Assembly: GCA_903813345.2 (NCBI GenBank)
Contig: CAIIXF020000001.1
Location: 46,128,001 to 46,192,000, forward strand
Length of the DNA: 64,000 nucleotides
From: Owenia fusiformis
Taxonomy: Eukaryota
Direction: 5' to 3'
The notes under the pieces: model-generated
Seen by the model: the letters and a program-made list of their open reading frames with translations, nothing else
Databases searched by the model: none
What the model was told of the DNA's origin: nothing
Part shown: positions 25,997 to 38,156 of the stretch, piece after piece
Layout of the letters: the number at the start of each line of letters is the position of its first letter
Numbering within the stretch: position 1 is the first letter of the stretch
Position numbers and translations under genes: made by a program

Positions 25997-26066
25997 CATT
26001 GTTGGTGTTGCATCAGTTAACTTGTGATTCCAGTTAAGAAAACAATTGAGGTCTATATAAAATGAC

Positions 26067-26138
26067 AGCAGAGTGGCGCAGTGGAAGCGTGCTGGGCCCA
26101 TAACCCAGAGGTCCGAGGATCGAAACCTTGCTCTGCTA
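26067..26138 (+). tRNA. Initiator tRNA-Met, copy 2
   Basis: Identical to copy 1. Confidence 0.97.
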
Positions 26139-26765
26139 ATTATTTTCTTACTTTATTTTACAAAATTCTCTATACAACATTTTTGAATAATTTTTGCAAA
26201 ATCAATAATTTCATAAAACAAGAGTGTGTTGTTGTAACTTTACAATTTCCAAAAGTAAAATGATTTAGAAATAAAGGAGAAATCTTTTATTTTTTTAATT
26301 GTTTGAACCATCTTTATTTTGACATGAAAACTATAATGTGGTTCTCAGATTGTATGCTAAAGGTCAAATGGGTACCTTTTGTATATTAGGCCTTATGTAT
26401 GATAATAGCAAGTTGAAAAACTATTGAGCTTAAGGTACTGGTTGAACAAAAACATATTTGAAAAAGTTGCTATACCTGCACATGTTATTTTCTGGTACAA
26501 AATAAAGTATGAAGGCATGTGTGTTTTTTCTTGCTTTTTCAGGAAAGTATCATTACATTGCCTTGTTTTAGTAAAGAGGTTACCAATGATTCAATTTAAT
26601 TTAGATTAGTAATCTCTTGTCTCAGATTTTGGGATTGTTTTAAATTGATCTCTACTCAGAAGTAATCTGTTAATAAAGATTACCTCATCTGTGATGCATT
26701 GTTTGTGTTGCATCAGTTAACTTGTGATTCCAATTAAGAAAACAATTGAGGTAAAATAATATGAC

Positions 26766-26834
26766 AGCAGAGTGCAGTGGAAGCGTGCTGGGCCCATAAC
26801 CCAGAGGTCCGAGGATCGAAACCTTGCTCTGCTA
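26766..26834 (+). pseudogene. Initiator tRNA-Met copy with a 3 nt deletion in the D-stem/A-box
   Basis: AGAGTGCAGTGG instead of AGAGTGGCGCAGTGG; remainder identical. Confidence 0.8.
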
Positions 26835-26954
26835 ATTATTTTCTTACTTTATTTTACAAAATTCTCTATACAACATTTTTGAATAATTTTTGCAAAATCA
26901 ATAATTTCATAAAACAAGAGTGTGTTGTTGTTACTTTGGAATTGACGAATTAAC

Positions 26955-27026
26955 AGCAGAGTGGCGCAGTGGAAGCGTGCTGGGCCCATAACCCAGAGGT
27001 CCGAGGATCGAAACCTTGCTCTGCTA
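26955..27026 (+). tRNA. Initiator tRNA-Met, copy 4
   Basis: Identical to copy 1. Confidence 0.97.
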
Positions 27027-27146
27027 ATTATTTTCTTACTTTATTTTACAAAATTCTCTATACAACATTTTTGAATAATTTTTGCAAAATCAATAATTTC
27101 ATAAAACAAGAGTGTGTTGTTGTTACTTTGGAATTGACGAATTAAC

Positions 27147-27218
27147 AGCAGAGTGGCGCAGTGGAAGCGTGCTGGGCCCATAACCCAGAGGTCCGAGGAT
27201 CGAAACCTTGCTCTGCTA
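27147..27218 (+). tRNA. Initiator tRNA-Met, copy 5
   Basis: Identical to copy 1. Confidence 0.97.
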
Positions 27219-27335
27219 ATTATTTTCTTACTTTATTTTTCAAAATTCTCTATACAACATTTTTGAATAATTTTTGCAAAATCAATAATTTCATAAAACA
27301 AGAGTGTGTTGTTACTTTGGAATTGACGAATTAAC

Positions 27336-27407
27336 AGCAGAGTGGCGCAGTGGAAGCGTGCTGGGCCCATAACCCAGAGGTCCGAGGATCGAAACCTTGC
27401 TCTGCTA
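27336..27407 (+). tRNA. Initiator tRNA-Met, copy 6
   Basis: Identical to copy 1. Confidence 0.97.
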
Positions 27408-27527
27408 ATAATTTTCTTACTTTATTTTACAAAATTCTCTATACAACATTTTTGAATAATTTTTGCAAAATCAATAATTTCATAAAACAAGAGTGTGTTG
27501 TTGTTACTTTGGAATTGACGAATTAAC

Positions 27528-27599
27528 AGCAGAGTGGCGCAGTGGAAGCGTGCTGGGCCCATAACCCAGAGGTCCGAGGATCGAAACCTTGCTCTGCTA
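27528..27599 (+). tRNA. Initiator tRNA-Met, copy 7
   Basis: Identical to copy 1. Confidence 0.97.
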
Positions 27600-27696
27600 A
27601 TAATTTTCTTACTTTATTTTACAAAATTCTCTATACAACATTTTTGAATAATTTTTGCAAAATCAATAATTTCATAAAACAAGAGTGTGTTGTTGT

Positions 27697-27711
27697 AACC
27701 TTGCTCTGCTA
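27697..27711 (+). pseudogene. 3' remnant of an eighth tRNA-iMet copy
   Basis: AACCTTGCTCTGCTA followed by the same trailer (TTTTCTTACTTT). Confidence 0.75.
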
Positions 27712-30700
27712 ATTGTTTTCTTACTTTTTCTATTATAAATTTATTATAAAAATTGATTCATAATAACATATCTCTCTGAATAATTTTAATTTCATTTATA
27801 CAAATTTTGGTTGGGCCTGGCATTACATGTAATCCCAATTATAAAATTTGAATAGGGATAGTATCAATCAATTTACTCACCATTGTGGGATAACTGGCAA
27901 GAATGAAGATGATGTGAACACGGTTGTTTAACAGTGTATTTCACGTTGTATGGATATGGCTATATGAAATAGTTAGGGTCAAGTTAAGCACTCCTCTCAA
28001 ACTTTATAATTGAACTTGCAGTCTTCCTGAAACATGATTGATCTGTACTGTAATAGTTTCCAACTTTTTTGTGCATGGTGTTCAGCAGTCACCAGTTGGC
28101 ATCTGTAACAAATGGCAGGTGGTGACATTTTGCGTGTTAATGCCTTGTTACAATTGGGATACTAAGATGTAACCCCTACTAATTGTGCAGTCAAAATTAC
28201 CTCCCTCCACCCTATCCCTTGTAGCCAAACTATTTCTTGGAAATACATCTGCCCCTTTTTATAATACCCTTTTTATTAGTATACTTGTCTCCAAAAGTTC
28301 AACTTGGGAAAATAAAATATAATTTAAACAAAAATATCAAGTGATCCGAGGAGGAAGATATGGGAAATGCGAGATAATAAGCAATATAACAACAGCATTT
28401 ATGTTTATTTTTTATTCTATTAATAATATTATAATAATAAAATGAATGATAACAATACTAAATGTGAAATGTTAGTTCCAAAAAGTGGAAATGTTACACA
28501 TCCAAAATGTTCCATAATAATTATTTAACAGTTTCTAGTCAAACAAATAACAAAGGCCTTACATGACAAAATATCACTACCAAGTAAGTTATTCTAAATG
28601 GTTACAAAAGTGTAACAGGTGCTACAGTCACAGACTGCCAATGTTAACCACTGATGTCAGACACAACAATATCTTAACATTTCTTTCACAGTTTGGCAAT
28701 TTTAACAGTATTCCTTGGTATTTGGATATTGTGCACATTGTGCGAACAACATGGAAATACATCATGACCATCCCCCATCCACAGCGACTCGATCCTAGAT
28801 CACATGGTCTCATAAGCTATATACCATGCTTCACTCCCATTTGCATAACTTATAATGGTAATAATTTGTGATGGAAATAAATAATAAAAAGCCTTGGGCT
28901 AATTCAAAATTGTTCTAAAAGGTCCAGAATAGAACAGGCTTCAGAAAGGGGTACCCTGTCTAGAATCAACAGTTGATGGGGGATCAGTCATTATGAAACA
29001 CCATGTTCTGATGATTGTATATAAAGTTATCTTGAAGTTAGTTATTTAAATTATACATGGACATTATTTCTTGGATTATAGAAAGTATAGGTGTATAGGA
29101 AGCATTTTTTATATCCCATGGCATTGCTCATTTATGAATAATGGAATGTTGCATACCATTCATCTTGAAAGCTACTGCAAATGCTAATAATTAAAACTAA
29201 TCAATCTCATAATTCAAAACATGGAATGTTATGTAGTTCTATAAATAAGATTACATAAATGATATTATATAACAAACACTATAAGCTGTACCTTCATCTG
29301 CATCATACCTCCCAAATGGTTATTTAATTGTAAAAACAAATAAATCAAACATTGTTAAGAGATCAGGGGCTCATTGACAGAAATTTCATAACATTAAGAA
29401 TTCCTTAAAGGCCCCTTATAAAGTTTACACCACTTTGGTTTACATTGTAGACTACCCAATGTTATCAAAGCGTGATATGTGAAACTTCTTTTTTGAATTT
29501 CAAAGTGTTTTTTGAAGGATAATTCTTTTAAAAAGTTATGTAAAACTAACGTTTAGACTTTAGAGGTCACACATATTTTTAATAGCAATAATTCACACCA
29601 ATGCATAGCAATCATCCTCATGCATTTTTTGTCGAAAAATGAATAAAATTGGTTCATAAATAAGTGAGAAATGAACTCATCCAACATGAAAAGGGTTCAG
29701 AGAAAAATGCATTCCAAAGTTTTAGTTCTCATAGTAACCAAAAGATGTCACAATGATATCACTTAGGTTGCATAATACGTTTGATATGCTAAGACACTGA
29801 ATGACAAATAAGATATGACATTTTATTCTTAATTTAGAGTCTAGTGTACTGTCCATTGTTCAATCTGCATTGATGTTGAAATAAAAGAAAAAAGGTACTG
29901 TTTTTGCACTGAACAGTGGAATATTTGATATTTTAATTTTTATTGAAAAATGACTGGAAATTTAAATATATGAGAAATGAAAAGCTGACAATTTCTTTCA
30001 AAAATCTCTAAAATAACATTTAAAGTCATGACAAATAGTAAATGAATGATAGTACTAAAAACATATTTTCAAATTTTACATGTAGACTTTAACCAACTGT
30101 CATAGCCATGGATATGATGATGTTATAGTAGAACAATGGACTAAGGAATTCTTAACTTTAGAATGTGTTTGTTAATGATCCCCAGGTTAATATTACAATT
30201 TTGGAATGTAATAGTTAATTTCTATTCAAACTGATCCTTTAGCTTCCCTCAAACATTTAATGGAAGGGTTTTTCATATTAGAAGTTGCCTCCTTTAAAAT
30301 ATTAAGGTACGCTGAGTCGCTGACCCCATTTCCCTAACATAATTTCATTTGCAGATGTTGATACATTGTCCTGATAAATTAAAATAAAACGTTGTACATA
30401 TGTACATAAAATGTACATATAACATTAAAATGTTATATGTACATTTTATAAAAACAATTTATCTGAAACACTTAATTCTTTGAACAAATAACAATTAAAT
30501 GAAATTGAAATATGTTTTAAGTCCAATTACATGTTCAGAAATCAAAAACTGTATACAGTGTATATATGAACAGATTTAACTGTCTTGTGAGTATTTCTTA
30601 GGTTAAAATATCCAAAAATACAATTTATTTAAAACAACAGTTAATGTACTGTTTATAATTACAACAAAAAAACGTCATGGTGTTCATTATGACAGAGTCA

Positions 30701-30736
30701 ATTTTTCCTTCTATTCACTCTATTGACCATTAAATA

Positions 30737-30908
30737 CAGTGAAACCTGTGTATTTAAACACCTCTCTAATCCAAACACATCTTAATGTGAACACTTTTTC
30801 TTGGTCCCAAATCTATTATCTCCCATACATTTCTATAAATGTGAACACCTAATAATCTGAACGTTTTTGGCTGGTACCAGTGGTGTTTGTATTAGACAGA
30901 TTTCACAG
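30737..30908. mobile_element. pogo/Tigger-type MITE
   Basis: TA|CAGTGAAACCTGTGTA ... TAGACAGATTTCACAG|TA. Confidence 0.7.
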
Positions 30909-31148
30909 TAAAACATTTACTTCCTTCTAAACTAATTACCTTTGCCAAAATAAAAGTGAAACTTGAGGAGCTTAAAAACACTCGGAAAATATTGAAAACA
31001 TATTTCATCACCAAGAATGTAACAAATACAGAAATATGGCAGTTATAATTGTGTGTACATGTACTGAAAACTAGTAAACATTTCACAATTAGTGTTTTTC
31101 CAAATAGAAACTACAATACACAAGTACATACTATTTATAATGATCCTA

Positions 31149-32084
31149 CAGGATGACCCAAAAATAGTTTTAACTCTTAGTTGTTGTAAAAAGCATCAAT
31201 AACTGAGATTTAATATAATATAAAAGCGTACCTGGAGAGAAAATAATTTTCCTTGGAGTAATTGATAGCACATAATGTATACCACTGTTTCATGCATTGA
31301 ACACCCTATCTACTCAAAGATTTTCCTAAATATACCATACCAACAAAACTTTCAAACTTTTTAATTCCAAAGGTCCATGTGATATACTGGCAAGTGATTT
31401 TAGATAGCTATATGTTTCACGACAAGTACTTTCTGGGCATAAATACAGTGTTTTTTAGTGAAGTCCCCATGATGATAAAAATATCAATCAAACAATTTGA
31501 AAAATTATGAATACGGGCCCCTCATCATTTTTTCCAAAATGTTGAGCCTATTTACTCAAAAGAGGATCTTCTTTTCTGATTTTCATCGCATGAAAAGATT
31601 ATTCAACAAGGGGTCTAAAACGTCTCTAAAAGTAGAATTGTTTGAAGGTCTAGTTCTGAGGATATCAATTTTCAATGATCAAAATTATGCTGAAAACAAT
31701 GGATAGCAGGAGTTTTTTCTATGGGAAAATAACATGTGATATGTGTTTTTAACTTTATCGCATTTCAAACACTATCCCCTTTTCAGGAATTCTTAATATA
31801 GTGTAGAAAAAACTATTGACATGTTTAAATTGAGAAAAACGAGATCCTCTTTTTAGAAAATAAGCCTGACAGTTTTTAAAAAGTGCCAAGGTGGGGTCCT
31901 TATCCATGATTTTTACAGAGAGTTTGATTGATATTTTACTATCATGGGACTTCACTTGAAAGAAAACATAAAACCACTGAATTTATGGCTGTAAAGTACT
32001 GGTGGTCAAAGATATGACTGTCCAAAATCACTTGCGATACCTCACATGGTCCTTATATTAGAATTCTATTTTTGGGTCACTCTG
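31149..32084. mobile_element. Tc1-type MITE containing a second element with about 130 bp inverted arms (about 31370-32054)
   Basis: TA|CAGGATGACCCAAAAATAG ... CTATTTTTGGGTCACTCTG|TA; inner AAGGTCCATGTG..AATATCAATCAAAC mirrored by GTTTGATTGATATT..CACATGGTCCTT. Confidence 0.75.
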
Positions 32085-33240
32085 TATCAAAATCTTCATA
32101 TAGAATGGAAGCTCTGCTAATTGTGCATCAATTTGTGGAATAATGTTCAAGTTACCAATTTTACTAATTTCATGTTTACCATTCTATTTTATTTTGATAT
32201 AAAAATATGGGATTTGACAGAAATTATTATGAACATAAAGAAGCCCTTTGAGGGTCTTCATCTCTTAAGGCATAGATTCATCTTCTGTAATACAGAGACA
32301 CAGACTTTTTCCACATTCCATCCTTTGATAATCAGTTTTAAACTACAAGTACTTGCAATCTGATTTAAAGTCTCAAATCTCAAAGGGAAAATTCTAGAAT
32401 CCCGTATTAAGAGGATGGCAAGAATTCTGTATAATACCCATTTTAAAGTCAGGGAGACCTTGATATGTTTATAAAAATAAAAGGAATGCAAACTATAAAA
32501 AATCAGATCCCGCTCCTTCTGTCAGATCTACATGTATTTAATGAAGTTCATTACACATGAACTTTGTAAAAGAACTTTGTAAGAAGACACATAAATATGC
32601 TGCATGAAACATGACAAGTATTTCTCCACCCCTCCCACCTAAGACCTCACCTTGTATCTAACACTACGTCTCCATATGTTCAGCAAAAACCACATGAAAA
32701 GCTTACCACATGAAATGCTTAAGCTTAGCAGACAGTGACAAGCCACTTATAATTTTCATATCCTCGAAAGCCAGTTTTGTAGAGACACCATATTATGCCT
32801 ATTCACATTGAAGGCATGGTTAATATTGTCTGTAAGTATCAAGTTAAATCCTCCACCTGAAACACAATAATACAAACATGTCTCATATGCATTCTTCATT
32901 TTATGTATTTTTTATAATTAATTCATCAAAATGAATATACATATACAATTATAATTTCTATTACTAAATTTGAAAATTATTTGTGAAACACTGGATTTCA
33001 TAAAAATAAATAAACATGTACATGTATTGTCATCTTATACATCTTTTATGCATATATCCTAAAATAAGACATGGGCATTCAAGTATTCTCATATGGATTA
33101 GGTTTTAATATTTCCTAATATTTCTCTCAAGTTGTCCCAAATACAAGTATCGATTATTTCTTAATGACATTACATGGACTTGCAAAACAAACAAATAATA
33201 AAAAAAAAAAAAAGAAAGAAACAAACCTTTGTTGTTATGT

Positions 33241-33369
33241 TTAGACCCTAATGCGATCCTCAAACAGGGCTATAAGCACCATGAAGCCAAGTCCTAAGAG
33301 GATCCCCAAGTTCTGGAAGAAGAATGTTCCCCATCTGGAGCCTGCCCTCATATTGCCTAATTCTGGCAG
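33241..33369 (-). CDS. ZIP4/ZIP12-like zinc transporter (SLC39A, LIV-1 family), last coding exon (TM8)
   Basis: LPEL..FFFQNLGILLGLGFMVLIALFEDRIRV-stop; TTTCTAG acceptor. Confidence 0.92.
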   Translation of the reverse strand: MPELGNMRAGSRWGTFFFQNLGILLGLGFMVLIALFEDRIRV

Positions 33370-33475
33370 CTAGAAACGAATAAACATCTGATCAGAGGTA
33401 CACAAAATATTTAAATAAATATAAGGAGTGTTTACTGTCCGTTTACATGCACAAGAGGTCAAATTTAATTTCATA

Positions 33476-34175
33476 GACAAGGCATCAACATGACAAAATA
33501 TCACCACCTAGTTGCTCACACTATTATTAGTTCAATCTTAAGTCAGATTTGAATTCCTGAGAACTCGTAAGATCATTTTGAAAAAGAAAATTAGTCAATA
33601 TGAAACAAGTTGAAAACAGACCTTTTCTGACCCTGAGAAGGTCATTGAGGGCGAAATCTCAAATCTAAAGTCAGATTTGAACTTCTGAGAACCGCAAGAT
33701 GATTTTGAAAATAATTGGTCAATGTGAAGCAAGTTGAAAAATACCTTTTTGACCTTGAGAAGGTCATTGAAGGTCAAATCTATAGTCAGATTTGAACTTT
33801 GATAATTTTGAAAGAGTTCAATCTTCAGTCAGATTTGAATTCCTGGGAACTTGTACAGTAGATGATTTTAAAAAAAAATTGGTCAATTTGAAGCAAACTG
33901 ACCTTTTTTACCTTTTTGGACCTTGAGAGGATTACCTTTTTGGACCTTGAGAGGATCAATGAAGGTCAAATCTCAAATCTAAAGTCAGATTTGAATTTCT
34001 GATAACTTGTAGATGATTTTGAAAAACTTTGGTCAATTTGAAGCAAATTGAAAAAATACATTTTTACCTTTTTTGACCTCGAAAAGGTAACCGAAGGTAA
34101 AATCTTAAATATAAAGTCGTCGTCACAAAATCGGAGACCATAACAATATGTCACCACTTTTTGGTGGTGACATAA
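33476..34175 (-). mobile_element. Helentron-associated-like non-autonomous element, family A, with satellite core
   Basis: ACAAGGC end, sub-terminal ATCACCACC, terminal hairpin ATGTCACCAC..GTGGTGACAT, tandem core of about 125 bp. Confidence 0.7.
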
Positions 34176-34272
34176 AAACTGACCATAATTTTAAGAATTA
34201 TAGTCAAATAACAAAATAATGTTACAGTAAACATATCAATTTAATATCTAGCCTATAGATGTAACAACTTAC

Positions 34273-34460
34273 CATATCAACAAGAGATACATAGAGGAAC
34301 ATTCCAGCTGTTATAGCAAAGATCCATTGTCGTACATACAGATCTGTGGAGACTGTGATTCCTACATACATCCCGACAAATGCAAAGCATGCACATATGA
34401 AGTTTACAAAAAGAGCTTTCTTAAAGCCCATGCCTGTTGAGAGAAGCACAGCAAAGTCTC
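34273..34460 (-). CDS. ZIP transporter exon (TM5-TM7)
   Basis: [35 protein letters not shown]; canonical splice sites. Confidence 0.95.
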
Positions 34461-34668
34461 CTGAAATAAATATAAAGATACATGATTATGGGTATCAAAG
34501 ATAGAGTCTTTGAGCTTGAGAATAATAACTATTTTCTCAGAATTTTTCTCAAAATTATTTACTAATTTAAATTCACCCACTGTCGACAACTTTCATTTTC
34601 AAACACCTTCAAAGTAAAAGATAATAAAATATAATGAAACTGTATAGACTGTGTTAGCTGTAACATAC

Positions 34669-34821
34669 CTAATTCATGAGGAAGCTCGTGACAAAACACA
34701 GCAATTGATGTAGCTATTCCACTTCTAGTATCTTGAGAAAATGCAGCTCCAATTGCAAGTCCATCAGCAAAGTTGTGCACACTGTCCCCAATTATCACCA
34801 TCATAGCCAATATGGATATGC
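34669..34821 (-). CDS. ZIP transporter exon (TM4-TM5 metal site)
   Basis: [28 protein letters not shown], the LIV-1 HExPHExGD motif. Confidence 0.97.
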
Positions 34822-35192
34822 CTAAAAAAGTTAAAACATACGATGATACATTAAGCCTATGACAGCACCAGTGTGAGCCTTTTTGTTTTGATATAGGCTG
34901 GCTATTTTTCCAGTGTGAAAAAGTAACATGGTCATTGGTCAGTTTTACTAATAGCAAGCAGTAAGTTTGAAATCTCTGTGCTGTGAGGGTGCAAAGGCTC
35001 CTGGGCAAAGGAATCCTGATTTTGGCCATGTCATCTTTTGAGTTGCATTTACATTTATATGTTTGTTCCTCTGATGTACAGTATGGGAAAGACAAAAATA
35101 TATGAATAAGAAGATATATATATTATCTTTGATGCTTTTTAATTATAACAATTTCTTATAAAATTATAACATTTTTTATTAAATTCACATAC

Positions 35193-35328
35193 CTGCACAT
35201 CCTTTTTTGCCTAGTGTACCCTGCTCATGAGAGTGACCATGGGAGTCTTTGAGAACTTCAACACTAACGTGATCATAATTTATACCCTCTGCAGATCCTT
35301 TCATTATGGAGTTAACTGTACCATTGGA
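35193..35328 (-). CDS. ZIP transporter exon (cytosolic loop)
   Basis: SNGTVNSIMKG..DSHGHSHEQGTLGKKGCA; TTGTAG and GTATGT sites; phase 0 to 1. Confidence 0.85.
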
Positions 35329-36229
35329 CTACAATGAAAAAGCATTCACTTCATATGTAACTGTTACATGAAACATTTTTATGAATTGTAAGATGATGTT
35401 CACAACATGTTTCCATAATTAAACCATGTGTAAATTTAAATCAAGCGTTGTGACTATGATCTTTACGTTTTACTTATATTTATTTAAAATAAATTTACAA
35501 TTCACCATCAGTTATAAAAGCACATTGGCAGGTTGACAGCAGGTGTAATTTCTATGTTTTCTTTAACAAAAGATATTGAACATATCCATTTCCCATACAA
35601 TATCATGCCATCAATGCAGTTCAAACTGTACATTCTTAGGTTGCAACATGAACGAAATAAAAAATAGATTTTATGTTATTTGAGCTGTGATAGCAAATGA
35701 ACAGGCCCATGCTGCATAACAAAATAAACATGCTACATGTACATGTAGGATATAAATAAAAAATACTCTTATATCTAAGTAAACAATCAATTTAGTGATG
35801 TACTTAATTTTGCGAGTTTTAATTTTGTGAATTTTGATAAAACACGATTTTGCGGCTATTAAATTTTGTGAATTTCATTAAGTATACCTACTACCATGTC
35901 ATCTTTAGTCAACGACACGCTGCACCTTAAGCTCTATTACATTGTAATTTTGGGGTTTATTTGATCTAATGAGCCACTGTAACAGACATTGCTACTTAGT
36001 ATTCCATTTATCACCTAATAACACTTGACAAACATTTTACAAAACACGAAATGCAATGGAGTCCCAGGTAATAAAAATTTCATAAATCCATAAAAGATTT
36101 ATTTTTGTGATTTTACCATAATCGCGAAAGGGCGAAACTAAATCGCTCACGAAAAAACTGGGACTACAGTATTTAGGTATAAATACAGCTGAATATTTGA
36201 AAATATGATCCAAGAATTAATAAAAATGT

Positions 36230-37347
36230 AACCAGAACAACGGCAACGCCAAAGCGTAGCGAATCCCATCGAACAGCCATGGATGGCATTTTTACAAACA
36301 AAGTATAAAGCAAAAATGGCAGGCATTTTTCAAAATGGCCACCTTCTACCAAAAGTGTCATACTTATAGTATTCACATACCAAATATGAACAAAATCGCT
36401 CCACTACCTTTCGAGTTATAGTAAAATACGTTAAAATGGCGGCCATTTTGAAAAATGGCGGCCTTCTACCAAAAGTGTCATTAGACAGTGTGCCATGCTT
36501 ACAGTATTTACATACCAAATATGAACAAAATCGCTTCAATACTTTTCGAATTATTATAAAATACATAAAAATGGCGGTTATTTTTCAAATTTTTTTTCAA
36601 AATGGCCACCTTCTACTTAAAGTGTCATAGGATAGTGTGTCATGCTTTTTAGTATTCACATACCAAATATGAACAAAATCGCTCCACTACTTTTCGAGTT
36701 ATAGTAAAATACGTTAAAATGGCGACCATTTTGAAAAATGGCCGCCTTCTATCAAAAGTGTCATTAGACAGTGTGCCATCCTTATTGTATTCACATACCA
36801 AATATGAACAAAATTGCTTCACTACTTTTCGAGTTATAGCTATAGGTTAAAATGGCGGCCATTTTTTAAAATGGCCACCTTCTACCAAAAGTGTCTTTAG
36901 ACAGTGTGCAATGTTTATAGTATTCACATACCAAATATGAACAAAATCCCTCCACTACTTTTCGAGTTACAGCAAAAATCGTAAAATAACGAGTAAAGGC
37001 CGCCATTTTTCAAGATGGCTGCCATGTGCTTCTTTAATATCTACATTTCTAGCTTTATTAATGTCCTATATAATTTTTTTACATCTAAAACATATTGCTA
37101 TTACAGTTTTACATATTGCACCTAAATTACTTTAAATTCGGCACTAAAATGGCCGCCATTTTGAAATGAGCGGCCATTTTGAAAATCGGCTTTCGAGCAG
37201 AACTTCTACTCCCATAGGGCATATGTGTACAAAGTATGAACAAAATCGGGCCAACGGTATTTGAGTTATTGCCCGGACGGACGGACGGACGGACAGACGG
37301 ACGGAGGCGTTCCCTATATCCCTCCGAACTTCGTTCGATTGGGATAA
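36230..37347 (-). mobile_element. Helentron-associated-like element, family B (core repeat about 120 bp, (GGAC)n microsatellite)
   Basis: AACCAG end, sub-terminal ATCCCATCGAAC, AAAATGGCGGCCATTTT repeats, terminal hairpin ATCCC..CGAAC..GTTCG..GGGAT; near-identical copy at 60231. Confidence 0.8.
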
Positions 37348-38156
37348 TGACACACATACTATGCATGTACATATTTTATAAATCATACTTCATATTCATG
37401 AGCGTTCCAGAGGTTTTAGAGAAAGTATAGAAACTACTTAATTTAACTGGTCATTTGTGTTTATACTTAAAACATCATATACGTACATCAATAATATGCA
37501 AAGCACTAATAAGCCCATTTAAAGCAGATAAATTTTTAAAGAAAATGTGACAGCCAAATTGTTGAAGAATAAAAAAGTTAACAGACAACACTGAAGGTGG
37601 ATGCTAAAATTCACCAACAAAAAACAAAACAACATTTAAAAACAAAATTCCTATAGTTCTAATTCGCAAATTATAATAGTCGCAAAATTCCCAGGAATTT
37701 ATTTCATCCAATGTTGAGAATATACTCATGCAGTGCTGGGCGATAAAAGGGAGGAGGGTACTGTTTTTTTTCAATTTATTTCGTGTTCTAAAAGATTTTA
37801 ATCAAAGAAATTAAAAAGAAGCTGGAAAAATTTTAAGGCATCACAAATCCATTAATTTGTAGCCGCAAAATTTAAAAAATCCATTAACTATGATCATTCC
37901 AAAAATGTGAAATATTGTAGCATCAAATATTAATAGGAGTACAGTATACTTCCCATATTATGAAAAACATTGAAAAATCTTTTAAAAATGTAGAAGGAAG
38001 TGATGCCATTGACTCTCAACTTTATAACATTGCCCATAACAGTATGAAAAAAAAACTGCACAAAACAACTTTTAAACAAGTTGTTCTAAAGGATTAAATC
38101 ACAGACAAAATTGAAAAAAAGAAATTCAGCTTTTTATCCTTTCTATACTTTTACTA

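Noticed and set aside
26766..27711. Regularly spaced repeats superficially like a CRISPR array
   Set aside because: The repeats are tRNA genes, the spacers are near-identical, the context is eukaryotic and there are no cas genes
752..27711. eIF3h, UTP23 and tRNA-iMet as a translation-initiation cluster
   Set aside because: An unrelated gene and about 16 kb separate the tRNA array from UTP23; no evidence beyond proximity
27881..28102. Exon-like segment on the minus strand (TTACAG..GTGAGT)
   Set aside because: Stops in all three frames; at most a non-coding exon
28563..28871. Overlapping 102 aa and 61 aa ORFs
   Set aside because: No recognisable motif or splice context; the start overlaps a repeat-end fragment
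33227..33243. Stop-codon read-through of the ZIP gene into the downstream exon
   Set aside because: A second in-frame TAA follows after one codon
37127..37430. RPSV/GRTD repeat ORFs (also at 61410-61592)
   Set aside because: Translations of the (GGAC)n microsatellite in family B elements
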